Shown here: piece after piece, positions 28,201-36,345 of the stretch
Layout: each line of letters begins with the position of its first letter
Position numbering within the stretch: the first letter of the stretch is position 1
Assembly: GCA_041483195.1 (NCBI GenBank)
Contig: JBGPFC010000005.1
Location: forward strand, 1 to 64,000
DNA length: 64,000 bases
From: Candidatus Eiseniibacteriota bacterium
GTDB lineage: Bacteria; Eisenbacteria; RBG-16-71-46
Direction: 5' to 3'
Notes under the pieces: model-generated
Told to the model about the DNA's origin: nothing
What the model saw: only the letters and a program-made list of their open reading frames with translations
The model's database searches: none
Translations under genes and position numbers: made by a program

Positions 28201-28862
28201 TTGCCGCCGGAGGGCGTGGCGATCCGGTTCGGCAGGGAGATGTCAGTGTTCACCTCGCTGGCGTTGCAGATGAAGTCACCGGGCTGCCGCTCCAGATCGC
28301 TCTTCCAGAAGCTCATGTACTGCCGCGTGTCGCCGCGCAGGTACGGGTCGACGTACACCGTTCCCTTCGGCGTGAGAATCATGGCGTGAAATCCCGCGGG
28401 CGTGCGATCCATCCGCGCGGTGGCGGTGCGGTCCTCGATTCCCTCACCGAGGTAGGTCTGCAACTCGGGGTGCTGCGCCGCGAGCGCCGGGGCGAGGAGC
28501 GGAGAGTTCACGATCCGGAAGTGGCTGTAGCCGCCGTCCGGCATCGGGATGCTGATCACGAGCCTCGAGCCTCGGGCGCCCGATGCGATTTCGCGCGGGG
28601 CCGCGGCGAGCATCTGGCCGAGACGGTCGGCGTCGAGCTCGTACATCTTGAAAGCCACCGGACGATTGGTGACCTGAATCAGCGAGTTCGATTGGAACTG
28701 AGGCTGTTCGATCTCGGACCACAATCCGTCTTCCGAAGGATTGCCGGTGAGATCGGACCGCTGCACGGCGAAAGAGGAGACGACGCACAGCGACAGCACA
28801 CCGAGCGCGAATGCGAGCGAGATCGACGCGCGACGCACGGACCGCCAGGAATGGCGCATCAT
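25275..28862 (-). CDS. Secreted M12 reprolysin-like zinc metalloprotease with Ig/HYR-like repeats and a C-terminal FlgD-Ig/T9SS-like domain
   Basis: Signal peptide, LRTYRLA, DYVAHEMGHQFHADHTF (HExxHxxxxxH), EPGSGTTIMAY Met-turn, and C-terminal FNILGQKV..WDGKDDQG..SGIYFYRV. Confidence 0.9.
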   Translation of the reverse strand: MMRHSWRSVRRASISLAFALGVLSLCVVSSFAVQRSDLTGNPSEDGLWSEIEQPQFQSNSLIQVTNRPVAFKMYELDADRLGQMLAAAPREIASGARGSRLVISIPMPDGGYSHFRIVNSPLLAPALAAQHPELQTYLGEGIEDRTATARMDRTPAGFHAMILTPKGTVYVDPYLRGDTRQYMSFWKSDLERQPGDFICNASEVNTDISLPNRIATPSGGNLRTYRLAMTATGEYTQFFGGTVAAAQAAITTTVNRVNGIYEKELSIRLSLVAFNIYTNPATDPFPAGTSVNGTLLNENQTDTDTNVGSANYDIGHIVSSGGGGGLAQFGVCAANKAKGGTSRGTPQGDDFDVDYVAHEMGHQFHADHTFNGSTSSCGGGNRVASSAYEPGSGTTIMAYAGICGAEDVQPHSDPFFHTRSFDQIVAFREGGGTCGPSTATGNSPPNVNAGSDFTIPRNTPFRLTATGSDPDSDPLTFGWEQFDLGTQSPPANNADGPLFRSPVPTTSPTRTLPKMSTVLSGVADPWEHLPTVDRDMNFRCTARDNRAGGGGVNYDAMVVHVSGAPFAVTYPNGGETLNSGCPVTVTWTVGGGSVAANVNIRYSSNGGATFSTLAANTANDGSEAVTLPCGATSQGRIMVEAVGNIFFDVSNGNFSVSANAPSVAVNVTGGAVDASCQRSVTFGGTITDDCSILAGDVTVGVTLPGGGATLGVPAIGKVQNDGQTVTVTGSVLVSNLVGGPVTVRVTFGAKDNCNVSASDFSQASVFDNTPPVLACPADITVECSSHCGTPASDPQLAGFIATATDNCTATPVVTDDAPTCYPDGTTAVTFTATDNALNSSQCTRHVKVVDTTPPVITVAIDRDALWPPNHKLVEIHATVTVTDICDPNPTFTLLSITSNEPDNGLGDGDTQYDIQGAAYGTADLAFLLRSERSGPGSGRKYTIIYCGRDFSGNTAYDTAYVRVPHSQSGNAALLVANDFELAAASQDLQLAIPSNGLFDATRIVPGRTMIGNEFGFALPVHVQKTDVTGDGLADLALTYSAGSLKTLTDATNGEDPIGLHYELDGTDFMIEDLYDGALPVTTASTPKAGTGEPATMSSTPTPAPSAPSVADAIGRTALDPRNVLSLASPGRVTFEVFNILGQKVRVPVDQEFGVGRHPLVWDGKDDQGRRAPSGIYFYRVRAPGLSTVKRVSVLR

Positions 28863-29022
28863 GGGGGGAACTCCTCTGCGAGGGTGGGGGGCTGAAATGC
28901 GATCGACGGGGGGAAGCCGGGCGCCGCGCTAGCGGGATGTGGATGGCGGCATTTGGGAGCCTCCGGGCTGGCCACTGGGACCCCACGCGCAAGTCGAAGG
29001 CCTGCGGCGTCGAAAAGCTAGC

Positions 29023-29038
29023 CGCAATGACGATGCCG
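29023..29038 (-). promoter_or_regulatory. Sigma-54 (-24/-12) promoter for the metalloprotease
   Basis: Minus strand reads CGGCATCGTCATTGCG, i.e. GG-N10-GC with TTGC, about 160 nt upstream of the start. Confidence 0.65.
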
Positions 29039-29190
29039 GGCAAGAAATAAGGATGTCCCGCGGGGGATGCGTCGCGCGCGGATCGAACCTGGGGCTCGAT
29101 CGTGTCGCCGAGCGTGCGAACCCAGGGTGACCGCGCGGTCCACGCTCCAACCGCGATGCAGCGCTCCACGAGTTGCCGCTAAACAATATC

Positions 29191-29219
29191 TTGACAGGTG
29201 AGCAACATGAGCGGAGAAT
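29191..29219 (+). promoter_or_regulatory. Sigma-70-type promoter for the two-component/exosortase operon
   Basis: TTGACA-17 nt-GAGAAT in an AT-richer patch. Confidence 0.55.
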
Positions 29220-29352
29220 TCTCGGGCGCTCACAACGGCCGGAGGCGCGATTCACCGCGCCTCGTGTGGGGGTGAAAGCGCGTCCCTGATCTCCAGATCG
29301 CCGCGAATCCATTCCCACCTCCGGCCCTCGTCGCGCATTCGTCTCGCGAGCG

Positions 29353-31065
29353 GTGCCCTTCGTCACCGCTTCATTGAGCAAGACTGTGAGCCCAATGACG
29401 ATCGACCCCTCGACTGGGTTGGGCATGGTGGCGGAGGCGACCCCTCCTCCGCGAACTGGGCGCAAGCATGCGCCAGCGACCAGCTCTCCGCTCGCCTCGG
29501 GCGACGCTCACCGAGCTGATCGCTACGATCCCGGGCTCTCCAATCTGGTGCTTGGCCTGCGCCTGCTCGCGCTCGCGGTGGTCGCGGGTTCGGGAACGCT
29601 GCTCCCGATCGGCGCGGCGTCGCGCCCGGGCCTGATCGCCGGGATTCTCGCCGGGGCCGCGGTGGGTGCGCTCCAGTACCTCGCCGCCCGCGCCGGGCGC
29701 CGGGGGTTCGGAGAGGCGCTCGTTCCGGTTCAGGTCGCGAGCTGGACGTGGCTGGTCCACGTCTCCGGCGATCAGCACTCACCGCTGTTCGTCGGCTATC
29801 TCCTCGAGGTCGCGCTCGCCGGGGCGGCTTACTCGCGGCGAGGCTGCTCGATCGCGGCGCTCGGCGGATTCGCCGCATACCTCATGGTGGGGCTGCGCAT
29901 CAATCCCCCGCTGGTCGCCAGCACGCTGGCCACCGTTGGCGGATTCCTCGCGGTGGGGACCGTGCTCACCTGGCTGCTGATCGGGGCCATCGAGGGGCAG
30001 CGGCGGCGGCTCGCGCTCTACCATTCGGCGCTGCGTGCTCGCGCCGACACGGTGGGCGAGGAGCTGCGTCTGCTCGGAGACTACATGAGCGGGGCGCTCG
30101 TCAGCCTCGACGACCTGGGTCGCGTCGTGAGCGTCAATCCCGCGGCCGCCCAGCTGCTCGGCATCGAGGCGCAGCCCGCGCTGGGAAGGCCATGGCAGGA
30201 GATCGTCCGCGCGGACTCGGAGGGGGTGCGCGCGATCGTCGCGACCCTGAGCGAGGGCCGGGCGCAGCGCGGACTCACCATGACCCTGCGGCGCGCCGAC
30301 GGACGCGAGATCGGAGTCGGCGCGGAATTGTGGGTGAGTCCCTCGCCCGAGGGGCGGCGTACCTACCTGCTCGCTCGCGAGAGCACCGGCGCGCCCGCCG
30401 AGAGCGACCCGCTGCGGCGCCTCGGCGAGGCCGTGGCCTGCGTCGCGCACCAGATCAAGAATTCGCTCCACGCGATGCAGGGGTTCGCGGGGGAGATCGC
30501 GCGCGACCCGGAGGGGTCGGCCGATCGGTCGAGCGCCGAGCACCTGCTGTGCGTTGTGAAGAGCCTGAGCGCGCTCTCCGACGACGTGCTGGCGATGGCC
30601 GGCGCCTCGCGTCCGCTCACCGAGACCGTGCAGCTCTCCGAATTGCTCGAGTCGGCGACCATGCTCACCCGGCTCGCGCCGGGGCGCGTCGTGACGCAGA
30701 CCTGCAACGGAGACCTGCGGGTGCGCGCGCATCGCGGCCAGCTGGTGCACGCGCTGTACAATCTCATCGACAATGCGTGCCGCGTGTCCCCGGCCGGTGA
30801 GCCGGTCCACATCGGCGCGCGTCGCGAAGGCGATCGCGTCGCGATCGAGATCGCCGACCGGGGACCGGGCATCCCGAGCGCGATCGCGGACGGCGCGGGA
30901 CCGGCGCTCTCGAAGGCCGGCTCGGGATTCGGACTGCTGGCGGTGCGCCGATTCGTCGAGGCCAACGGCGGGACGCTCCGCTTCGAGCCGCGGCCCGGCG
31001 GTGGCACGCTGTGCCGTGTCGCGTTCCGCGCGGAGCCGGACCTCGCGCCGCAACCAGACGCCTGA
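29353..31065 (+). CDS. Membrane-bound PAS-domain sensor histidine kinase
   Basis: Several TM helices, PAS (VNPAAAQLLG), H-box VAHQIKNSL, NLIDNA, DRGPGI and GSGFGL. Exact start uncertain. Confidence 0.85.
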   Translation: MPFVTASLSKTVSPMTIDPSTGLGMVAEATPPPRTGRKHAPATSSPLASGDAHRADRYDPGLSNLVLGLRLLALAVVAGSGTLLPIGAASRPGLIAGILAGAAVGALQYLAARAGRRGFGEALVPVQVASWTWLVHVSGDQHSPLFVGYLLEVALAGAAYSRRGCSIAALGGFAAYLMVGLRINPPLVASTLATVGGFLAVGTVLTWLLIGAIEGQRRRLALYHSALRARADTVGEELRLLGDYMSGALVSLDDLGRVVSVNPAAAQLLGIEAQPALGRPWQEIVRADSEGVRAIVATLSEGRAQRGLTMTLRRADGREIGVGAELWVSPSPEGRRTYLLARESTGAPAESDPLRRLGEAVACVAHQIKNSLHAMQGFAGEIARDPEGSADRSSAEHLLCVVKSLSALSDDVLAMAGASRPLTETVQLSELLESATMLTRLAPGRVVTQTCNGDLRVRAHRGQLVHALYNLIDNACRVSPAGEPVHIGARREGDRVAIEIADRGPGIPSAIADGAGPALSKAGSGFGLLAVRRFVEANGGTLRFEPRPGGGTLCRVAFRAEPDLAPQPDA

Positions 31066-31068
31066 GCC

Positions 31069-32385
31069 ATGCGCATTCTCATCGTGGACGACGACCCGCA
31101 CGCGATCGAGGCGATGGCCGCGGTGCTGACCCCTGCGTATGAGGTCGAATGCCGCGACGGGGGCGGGGCTGGCATCGATGCGCTGCGATCGCAACCGTTC
31201 GACCTGGTGCTCACCGATCTCGGCATGCCGTCTCCCGACGGATTCGATCTGCTCCGCGCCGCTCGCGAGCTGCCGGGGGCGCCGCCGGTGGTCGTGATCA
31301 CCGGGCTCGACGACGCGCGCACCGCGGTCGAGGCGATGCGGCTCGGCGCCGCCGATCTACTGGTGAAGCCCGCTTCGCGCGAGGAGATCTGCGAGATCGT
31401 GAGCCGGGTCGAGGCGGAACGGCTCGGACTCGATGACGAGATCGAGGCGGCGGCCGGCCTGATCGGCCGCTCCCGTGGGCTGCGGCGCGTGCGCCGGCTC
31501 GTGCCGCTGCTCTCGCGCAGCCGCGAGACGGTGCTCATCACCGGTGAAACCGGGACCGGCAAGGAGCTGCTGGCCAGAGCGCTCCACGAGCTGGGGCCGC
31601 TCAAGGCGCGGCCATTCGTCGCGCACAACATGGCGGCGACTCCGAGCGAGCTGGCCGAGAGCGTGTTCTTCGGGCACGTGCGGGGGTCGTTCAGTGGCGC
31701 GACCAGCGATCACGCCGGGTTGTTCGAGAAGGCGGAAGGCGGCACCCTGTTCCTCGACGAGGCCGACAGCTTCCCGCTTCCGCTCCAGGCCAAGCTGCTG
31801 CGCGTGCTGGAAGGAGGACGGGTGCAGCGGGTAGGATCCTGCGCCGAACGTGGGATCGACGTGCGCGTCATCGCGGCGAGCGCGGTCGACCTGGGTCAGC
31901 TGGTGGCGGCGGGCCGGTTCCGCGCCGACCTCTACTACCGGCTGCGCCAACTGGAGGTGTCGATGCCTGCGCTGCGCGAACACATGGAAGACGTTCCCGC
32001 GCTCGCGAGACATTTCCTCGCCGAGCTCGGCCCCGACGCGGGCCCCGCGCCGCGAATCGCCGCGGCGACCCTCGACGTGCTGATGCGGTATCCATGGCCG
32101 GGAAATTGCCGCGAGCTGCGCAACGCGCTGCGGAGCGCGGCGGTGCTCGCCGGAACGGCGACGATCCAGCCCGGCCATCTGCCGCGCGCGGTGATGCGCG
32201 CCGCCTCGGAGGGCGCCGCGGTGGATGCGCCCTCGACGCTGGTCGCGGTCGAGCGCGAACACATCCGGCAGGCGCTCGAGCACGTCGGAGGAAATCGCAG
32301 CCGCGCCGCGCGGCTGCTCGGCATCGATCGCGGCACGCTCGCGCGCAAGATCCGGAGCCTCGGCCTGGACCCGCCCGCGCGATGA
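31069..32385 (+). CDS. Sigma-54-dependent response regulator (NtrC family)
   Basis: Receiver ILIVDDD..TDLGMP, Walker A GETGTGKE, GHVRGSFSGA, LFLDE, FRADLYYRL, WPGNCREL and Fis HTH. Confidence 0.9.
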   Translation: MRILIVDDDPHAIEAMAAVLTPAYEVECRDGGGAGIDALRSQPFDLVLTDLGMPSPDGFDLLRAARELPGAPPVVVITGLDDARTAVEAMRLGAADLLVKPASREEICEIVSRVEAERLGLDDEIEAAAGLIGRSRGLRRVRRLVPLLSRSRETVLITGETGTGKELLARALHELGPLKARPFVAHNMAATPSELAESVFFGHVRGSFSGATSDHAGLFEKAEGGTLFLDEADSFPLPLQAKLLRVLEGGRVQRVGSCAERGIDVRVIAASAVDLGQLVAAGRFRADLYYRLRQLEVSMPALREHMEDVPALARHFLAELGPDAGPAPRIAAATLDVLMRYPWPGNCRELRNALRSAAVLAGTATIQPGHLPRAVMRAASEGAAVDAPSTLVAVEREHIRQALEHVGGNRSRAARLLGIDRGTLARKIRSLGLDPPAR

Positions 32386-32951
32386 GCCGACCCGGGCCCA
32401 GGGCGCAGACCCCACCGCATTCCCACTCCCCGCCGAAGCCACGGTCCGCGCCCCGGTCCGCCAGCAGCCGCGCGGTCGCCTTCTTTCTCGCCCGCTTCGT
32501 CGGCGGGTGGCTCGCGGTGCTGGTGCTGTTCGCGTTCGCGCCGGGGATCGAGCGCTGGATGGTGCGGCACACCATCGGCAGCCTGCTGTTCGTCACCCAT
32601 CTGTTCCGAATGCACAGCCAGTCCTCCGGCACCGACCTCAGCATGGGCGGCGTCTCGCTCCAGATCGTTCCCGACTGCACGCCGCTGATGCCGACGGCCG
32701 CCCTGTGGATCGCGATCGTCGCGTTCCCCGCCCCGTGGAGAGCGAGGCTGACCGGGCTCGGCGCCGGGGCGCTGCTGCTGTGGGCGTACAACCTGTTGCG
32801 CATCCTCGCCCTGATCCCGGTGCTCGCGCACCGGCCGGAGCTGTTCGAGTTCATTCACGTGTACCTGTGGCAGACCATGACGCTGCTCGTGGTGTTCGCG
32901 ATCTTCCTGCTCTGGTTGCGCTTTCAGGAGCCGAAATTGAGCGCGGCATGA
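32382..32951 (+). CDS. Exosortase/archaeosortase-family protein (XrtH-like)
   Basis: Catalytic triad candidates IVPDCT (Cys), YNLLRI (Arg) and FEFIHVYLWQ (His). AFPAPW motif as in XrtH. ATG 32382 overlaps the regulator stop. Confidence 0.8.
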   Translation: MSRPGPRAQTPPHSHSPPKPRSAPRSASSRAVAFFLARFVGGWLAVLVLFAFAPGIERWMVRHTIGSLLFVTHLFRMHSQSSGTDLSMGGVSLQIVPDCTPLMPTAALWIAIVAFPAPWRARLTGLGAGALLLWAYNLLRILALIPVLAHRPELFEFIHVYLWQTMTLLVVFAIFLLWLRFQEPKLSAA

Positions 32952-33430
32952 AGTGGCTGGGGCGGTTCATCCTGTGGTCCACGCTGCTGGCCATCCCGTG
33001 CTGGCTGATCTCACACGGATACCAGCGCGCGCTGGCGCGCGCGGCATCGCTGGTGTTCGCCGCCTGCGGACAGACCGTCGCGATCGACGACATCGAGGTG
33101 ATGGCGCCGTTCGATCTGGGCATCTTCGCGGCGATGTGCCTCGCGAGCCTGACGGCGCCGTGGCTCGCGCGACGCCGCGCGCTGTTGGTGGGGGTCCCGA
33201 TCCTCGTCGCGCTCGAGGTGCTCACCGTGGTGCTCGGGATCGCGGTCTACATGGTCTGGCCACAGAACTCGAAGCAGCTCGAGGCCAGCCTCCGGCTCAC
33301 CGGCTACCTGATCGAGAGCATTCCCTGGGTGAGCGCCACGGTGGTCTGGCTGCTGCTGCTCGGCGCGTGGGAGCTGCCGCTCGCGCCGCAGCCGCCGCGC
33401 GCGCGGCCCGCGCGCGGCGTGCGCGCCTAG
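32948..33430 (+). CDS. Exosortase-associated membrane protein
   Basis: ATGA overlap with the exosortase, about four TM helices; this position mirrors the XrtH-associated membrane protein. Confidence 0.65.
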   Translation: MKWLGRFILWSTLLAIPCWLISHGYQRALARAASLVFAACGQTVAIDDIEVMAPFDLGIFAAMCLASLTAPWLARRRALLVGVPILVALEVLTVVLGIAVYMVWPQNSKQLEASLRLTGYLIESIPWVSATVVWLLLLGAWELPLAPQPPRARPARGVRA

Positions 33431-33550
33431 CCACGCGCGCGGCGGCGGTCGCGCGCGGGGTGAACGCCCGCGCGCTTTCCCCGGGCGGTCGCCCTTGCTA
33501 GAGTCGGCGCGTACGCGTTCGACCCCACGGCCGTCGCCCCGGAGAAGCCC

Positions 33551-34003
33551 ATGCGCAAGCCAACGCAAGCCGATGCCGAGCTGCTGCTCCACCTCTACGA
33601 AATGCGTCGCGACCCCGAGCTGCGCCGCGGGCGCCAGTGGTTCCTGAGCGAGTTCGAGCCCGGCGACTGGAGCGAGATCAAGCCCCGTTACCTGAAGTTC
33701 AGCGATGAAGACCGCTGGTTCCGCATGACGGTATCGTACTGGGAGATGGTGGGTGCGATCGTCAACCGCGGACTGCTGGACGCCGAGCTGTTCTTCGATC
33801 ACACCGGCGAGGCGGTGGTGACCTGGGAACGCTGCAAGCCATGGATCGCCGGGGCGCGAGCGGCGATTCGGCCGACGTACCTCCTTCAATTCGAGCGCAT
33901 GGTCGCCGCCCAGCTCGCGTACCGGGCGAAGCAGCTCGCCGCGTTCAAAGCTTCCGCGGCGCGCGCGGCCGCGCCGCGCGGCGGCGCGAAGCGCAAGCGC
34001 TGA
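33551..34003 (+). CDS. Hypothetical protein (DUF4760-like)
   Basis: GGAG RBS; DAELLLHLYEMRR..FRMTVSYWEM pattern. Confidence 0.6.
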   Translation: MRKPTQADAELLLHLYEMRRDPELRRGRQWFLSEFEPGDWSEIKPRYLKFSDEDRWFRMTVSYWEMVGAIVNRGLLDAELFFDHTGEAVVTWERCKPWIAGARAAIRPTYLLQFERMVAAQLAYRAKQLAAFKASAARAAAPRGGAKRKR

Positions 34004-34004
34004 C

Positions 34005-35066
34005 ATGTCCTCGTCATTCGGCACGCTGTTCGTCGTCACCACCTTCGGCGAATCCCACGGGCCGGCGGTCGGCGTGGTGGTGGACGGCATGCCGCCCGGC
34101 ATCCGCGTCGAGAGCGCGGAGGTTCAGCGCGAGCTCGATCGGCGCCGGCCCGGGCAGAGCGCGCTCACCACGCAGCGCAAGGAGAGCGACACGGTCGAGA
34201 TCCTCTCCGGGATCTTCGAGGGCCTGAGCATGGGCACGCCGATCGCCATGCTGGTGCGCAATACCGACGCGCGCTCGAAGGACTACGAAGCGCTCAGGGA
34301 CGTCTTCCGCCCCGGCCACGCCGACTACGCGTACTTCGAGAAGTACGGGGTGCGCGACCACCGCGGCGGCGGCCGCGCCTCGGGACGCGAGACCGTCGGC
34401 CGGGTCGCGGCCGGCGCGCTCGCGCGCGCCGCGCTCGCGACGGTCGGAGTCCGGATCGTGGGCGGCACGGTGCAGGTGGGAGCGGTGCGCGCCGAGGCCC
34501 GGCACTGGGACGAGGTCGAGAAGAATCCGGTGCGCTGCCCCGACGCGACCGCGGCCGTGACGATGGCGCGGGTGATCGAGGAGGCCCGCGACGCGAAGGA
34601 TTCGGTGGGGGGCGTGGTCGAGGTGAACGCGTTGGGCGTTCCGGCCGGGTGGGGCGATCCCACCATGGCGAAGCTCGACGCGGCGATCGGCGCCGCGATG
34701 CTCTCGATCCCCGCGACCAAGGGGGTCGAGATCGGCGGCGGCTTCGGCATGTGCGAACGCCACGGCTCGGAGACCAACGACGTGTTCGACGGCGAGCGCT
34801 TCCTCACCAACTTCGCGGGAGGCATCAACGGAGGGATCTCCAGCGGCGCCCCGATCGTCGCGCGCGTGGCGGTGCGCCCGGCGACCTCGATCGGGAAGCC
34901 CCAGACCGCGGCGATGCGCGGGGGCGGCACCACCACCATCGCGATCGAGGGTCGTCACGACCCCTGCATCTGCCCGCGCGTGGTGCCGGTCGCCGAGAGC
35001 ATGCTGGCGCTGGTGCTCGCCGATGCGTGGCTGCGCCAGCGAGCGCTGCGCGGGAGGGAAGCCTGA
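34005..35066 (+). CDS. aroC: Chorismate synthase
   Basis: TTFGESHG, RRRPGQS, RPGHAD, GGGRASGRET and GRHDPC motifs. Confidence 0.97.
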   Translation: MSSSFGTLFVVTTFGESHGPAVGVVVDGMPPGIRVESAEVQRELDRRRPGQSALTTQRKESDTVEILSGIFEGLSMGTPIAMLVRNTDARSKDYEALRDVFRPGHADYAYFEKYGVRDHRGGGRASGRETVGRVAAGALARAALATVGVRIVGGTVQVGAVRAEARHWDEVEKNPVRCPDATAAVTMARVIEEARDAKDSVGGVVEVNALGVPAGWGDPTMAKLDAAIGAAMLSIPATKGVEIGGGFGMCERHGSETNDVFDGERFLTNFAGGINGGISSGAPIVARVAVRPATSIGKPQTAAMRGGGTTTIAIEGRHDPCICPRVVPVAESMLALVLADAWLRQRALRGREA

Positions 35067-35080
35067 ACGACCGCCGTCGA

Positions 35081-35110
35081 TTGACCCGCCTCGAAAACGC
35101 GTGCTAGGCT
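35081..35110 (+). promoter_or_regulatory. Sigma-70-type promoter upstream of the DAHP synthase leader
   Basis: TTGACC-18 nt-TAGGCT with extended -10 TG. Confidence 0.55.
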
Positions 35111-35140
35111 CGATGCCTCGTTCGACGGAGGTTTGCGCGA

Positions 35141-35224
35141 ATGTTCGGCACCGGGAACTACGAGTGGATCTGGCGCGGGTACGGCTACGCGTGGCGTGGC
35201 CGGGAGACCGCGTCGCTCCGCTGA
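35141..35224 (+). CDS. Aromatic-rich attenuator leader peptide MFGTGNYEWIWRGYGYAWRGRETASLR
   Basis: GGAGG RBS at 35127-35131; 27 codons with 1 Phe, 3 Tyr and 3 Trp; followed by a terminator and the DAHP synthase gene. Confidence 0.8.
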   Translation: MFGTGNYEWIWRGYGYAWRGRETASLR

Positions 35225-35251
35225 TTTCCTCGAGCCTCGCGCGCACTCCCT

Positions 35252-35283
35252 GCCCATGCCTTCGCGGCGTGGGCGTTTTCATT
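35252..35283 (+). terminator. Attenuator intrinsic terminator
   Basis: GCCCATGCC-TTCGC-GGCGTGGGC stem followed by GTTTTCATT. Confidence 0.7.
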
Positions 35284-35304
35284 GGCGGCTGACCGGAGTC
35301 CCAC

Positions 35305-36318
35305 ATGCTGGTGCTGCTCAAACGCGGCGTGAGTGAGCCCGCGATCAACGAGCTCACCTCCTGGCTGCGCATGGCCGGGCTGGGCGTGCATCGCGCCGAC
35401 CACGACGGCCACGTGCGGCTCGCCGCGCTGAGCGATACCGGACTGCTCGACTGGGAGCAGGTGAGGAAGCTCCCGGGCGTCGAATCGGTGACGAAGATCG
35501 CCGTGCCCTTCAAGCTGGTGAGCCGCGCGTTTCATCCGCACGACACGGTGATCACGGTGGGCCGCTGCGCGATCGGCAGCCAGCAGCTCGCGCTGATGGC
35601 GGGGCCCTGCTCGGTCGAGGGCGAAGCCCAGGCCTTCACCATCGCCGAGGCGGTGGCGAAGGCCGGCGCGACCATCATGCGCGGCGGAGCCTACAAGCCG
35701 CGCACCTCGCCATACTCGTTCCAGGGGCTGGGCGAGGAGGGCCTGAAGCTCCTGCGCCGCGCGGCGGACGCGAACGGCCTGGCGGTGGTGAGCGAGGTGA
35801 TGGACTCGCAGCAGGTAGCGCTGGTCGCGCGCTACGCCGACATCCTGCAGGTCGGCGCGCGCAACATGCAGAACTTCTCGCTGCTGAAGGAGGTCGGGCA
35901 GGCGGGCAAGCCGGTACTCCTCAAGCGCGGCCTCGCCTCGACCATCGAGGAATGGCTGATGAGCGCCGAACACATCCTCTCGCAGGGCAACGCGCAGGTG
36001 ATCCTCTGCGAGCGCGGCATCCGCACGTTCGAGACCTACACGCGGAACACGCTCGACCTCAACGCGATTCCGGTGGTGAAGGAGCTGAGCCACCTGCCGG
36101 TGATCGTCGACCCATCGCACGGCACCGGGATCCGCAACAAGGTGGCGCCGATGGCGCGCGCCGCGATCGCCGCCGGCGCCGACGGGCTCATCATCGAGGT
36201 GCATCACGACCCCGACCACGCGCTCTCGGACGGCGCGCAGTCGCTGTATCCCGCGCAGTACGTCGAGCTGGTGGAGCAGATCCGGACGATCGCGACGGTG
36301 CTGGGAAGAACGGTGTGA
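35305..36318 (+). CDS. aroF: 3-deoxy-7-phosphoheptulonate (DAHP) synthase, type I-beta with N-terminal regulatory domain
   Basis: AGPCSVE, GGAYKPRTSPYSFQG, QVGARNMQN, LCERGIRTFE and VDPSHG motifs. Confidence 0.95.
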   Translation: MLVLLKRGVSEPAINELTSWLRMAGLGVHRADHDGHVRLAALSDTGLLDWEQVRKLPGVESVTKIAVPFKLVSRAFHPHDTVITVGRCAIGSQQLALMAGPCSVEGEAQAFTIAEAVAKAGATIMRGGAYKPRTSPYSFQGLGEEGLKLLRRAADANGLAVVSEVMDSQQVALVARYADILQVGARNMQNFSLLKEVGQAGKPVLLKRGLASTIEEWLMSAEHILSQGNAQVILCERGIRTFETYTRNTLDLNAIPVVKELSHLPVIVDPSHGTGIRNKVAPMARAAIAAGADGLIIEVHHDPDHALSDGAQSLYPAQYVELVEQIRTIATVLGRTV

Positions 36319-36345
36319 CGAGCGAGACTCGCGATTGCGCCGCGA

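Noticed and set aside
25968..28895. 975-aa plus-strand ORF
   Set aside because: Antisense shadow of the metalloprotease.
34005..36318. aroC/aroF (and trpEG) as dedicated precursor genes of the scy-like cluster
   Set aside because: They lie about 30-60 kb away in housekeeping contexts with their own regulation; no evidence of co-clustering.
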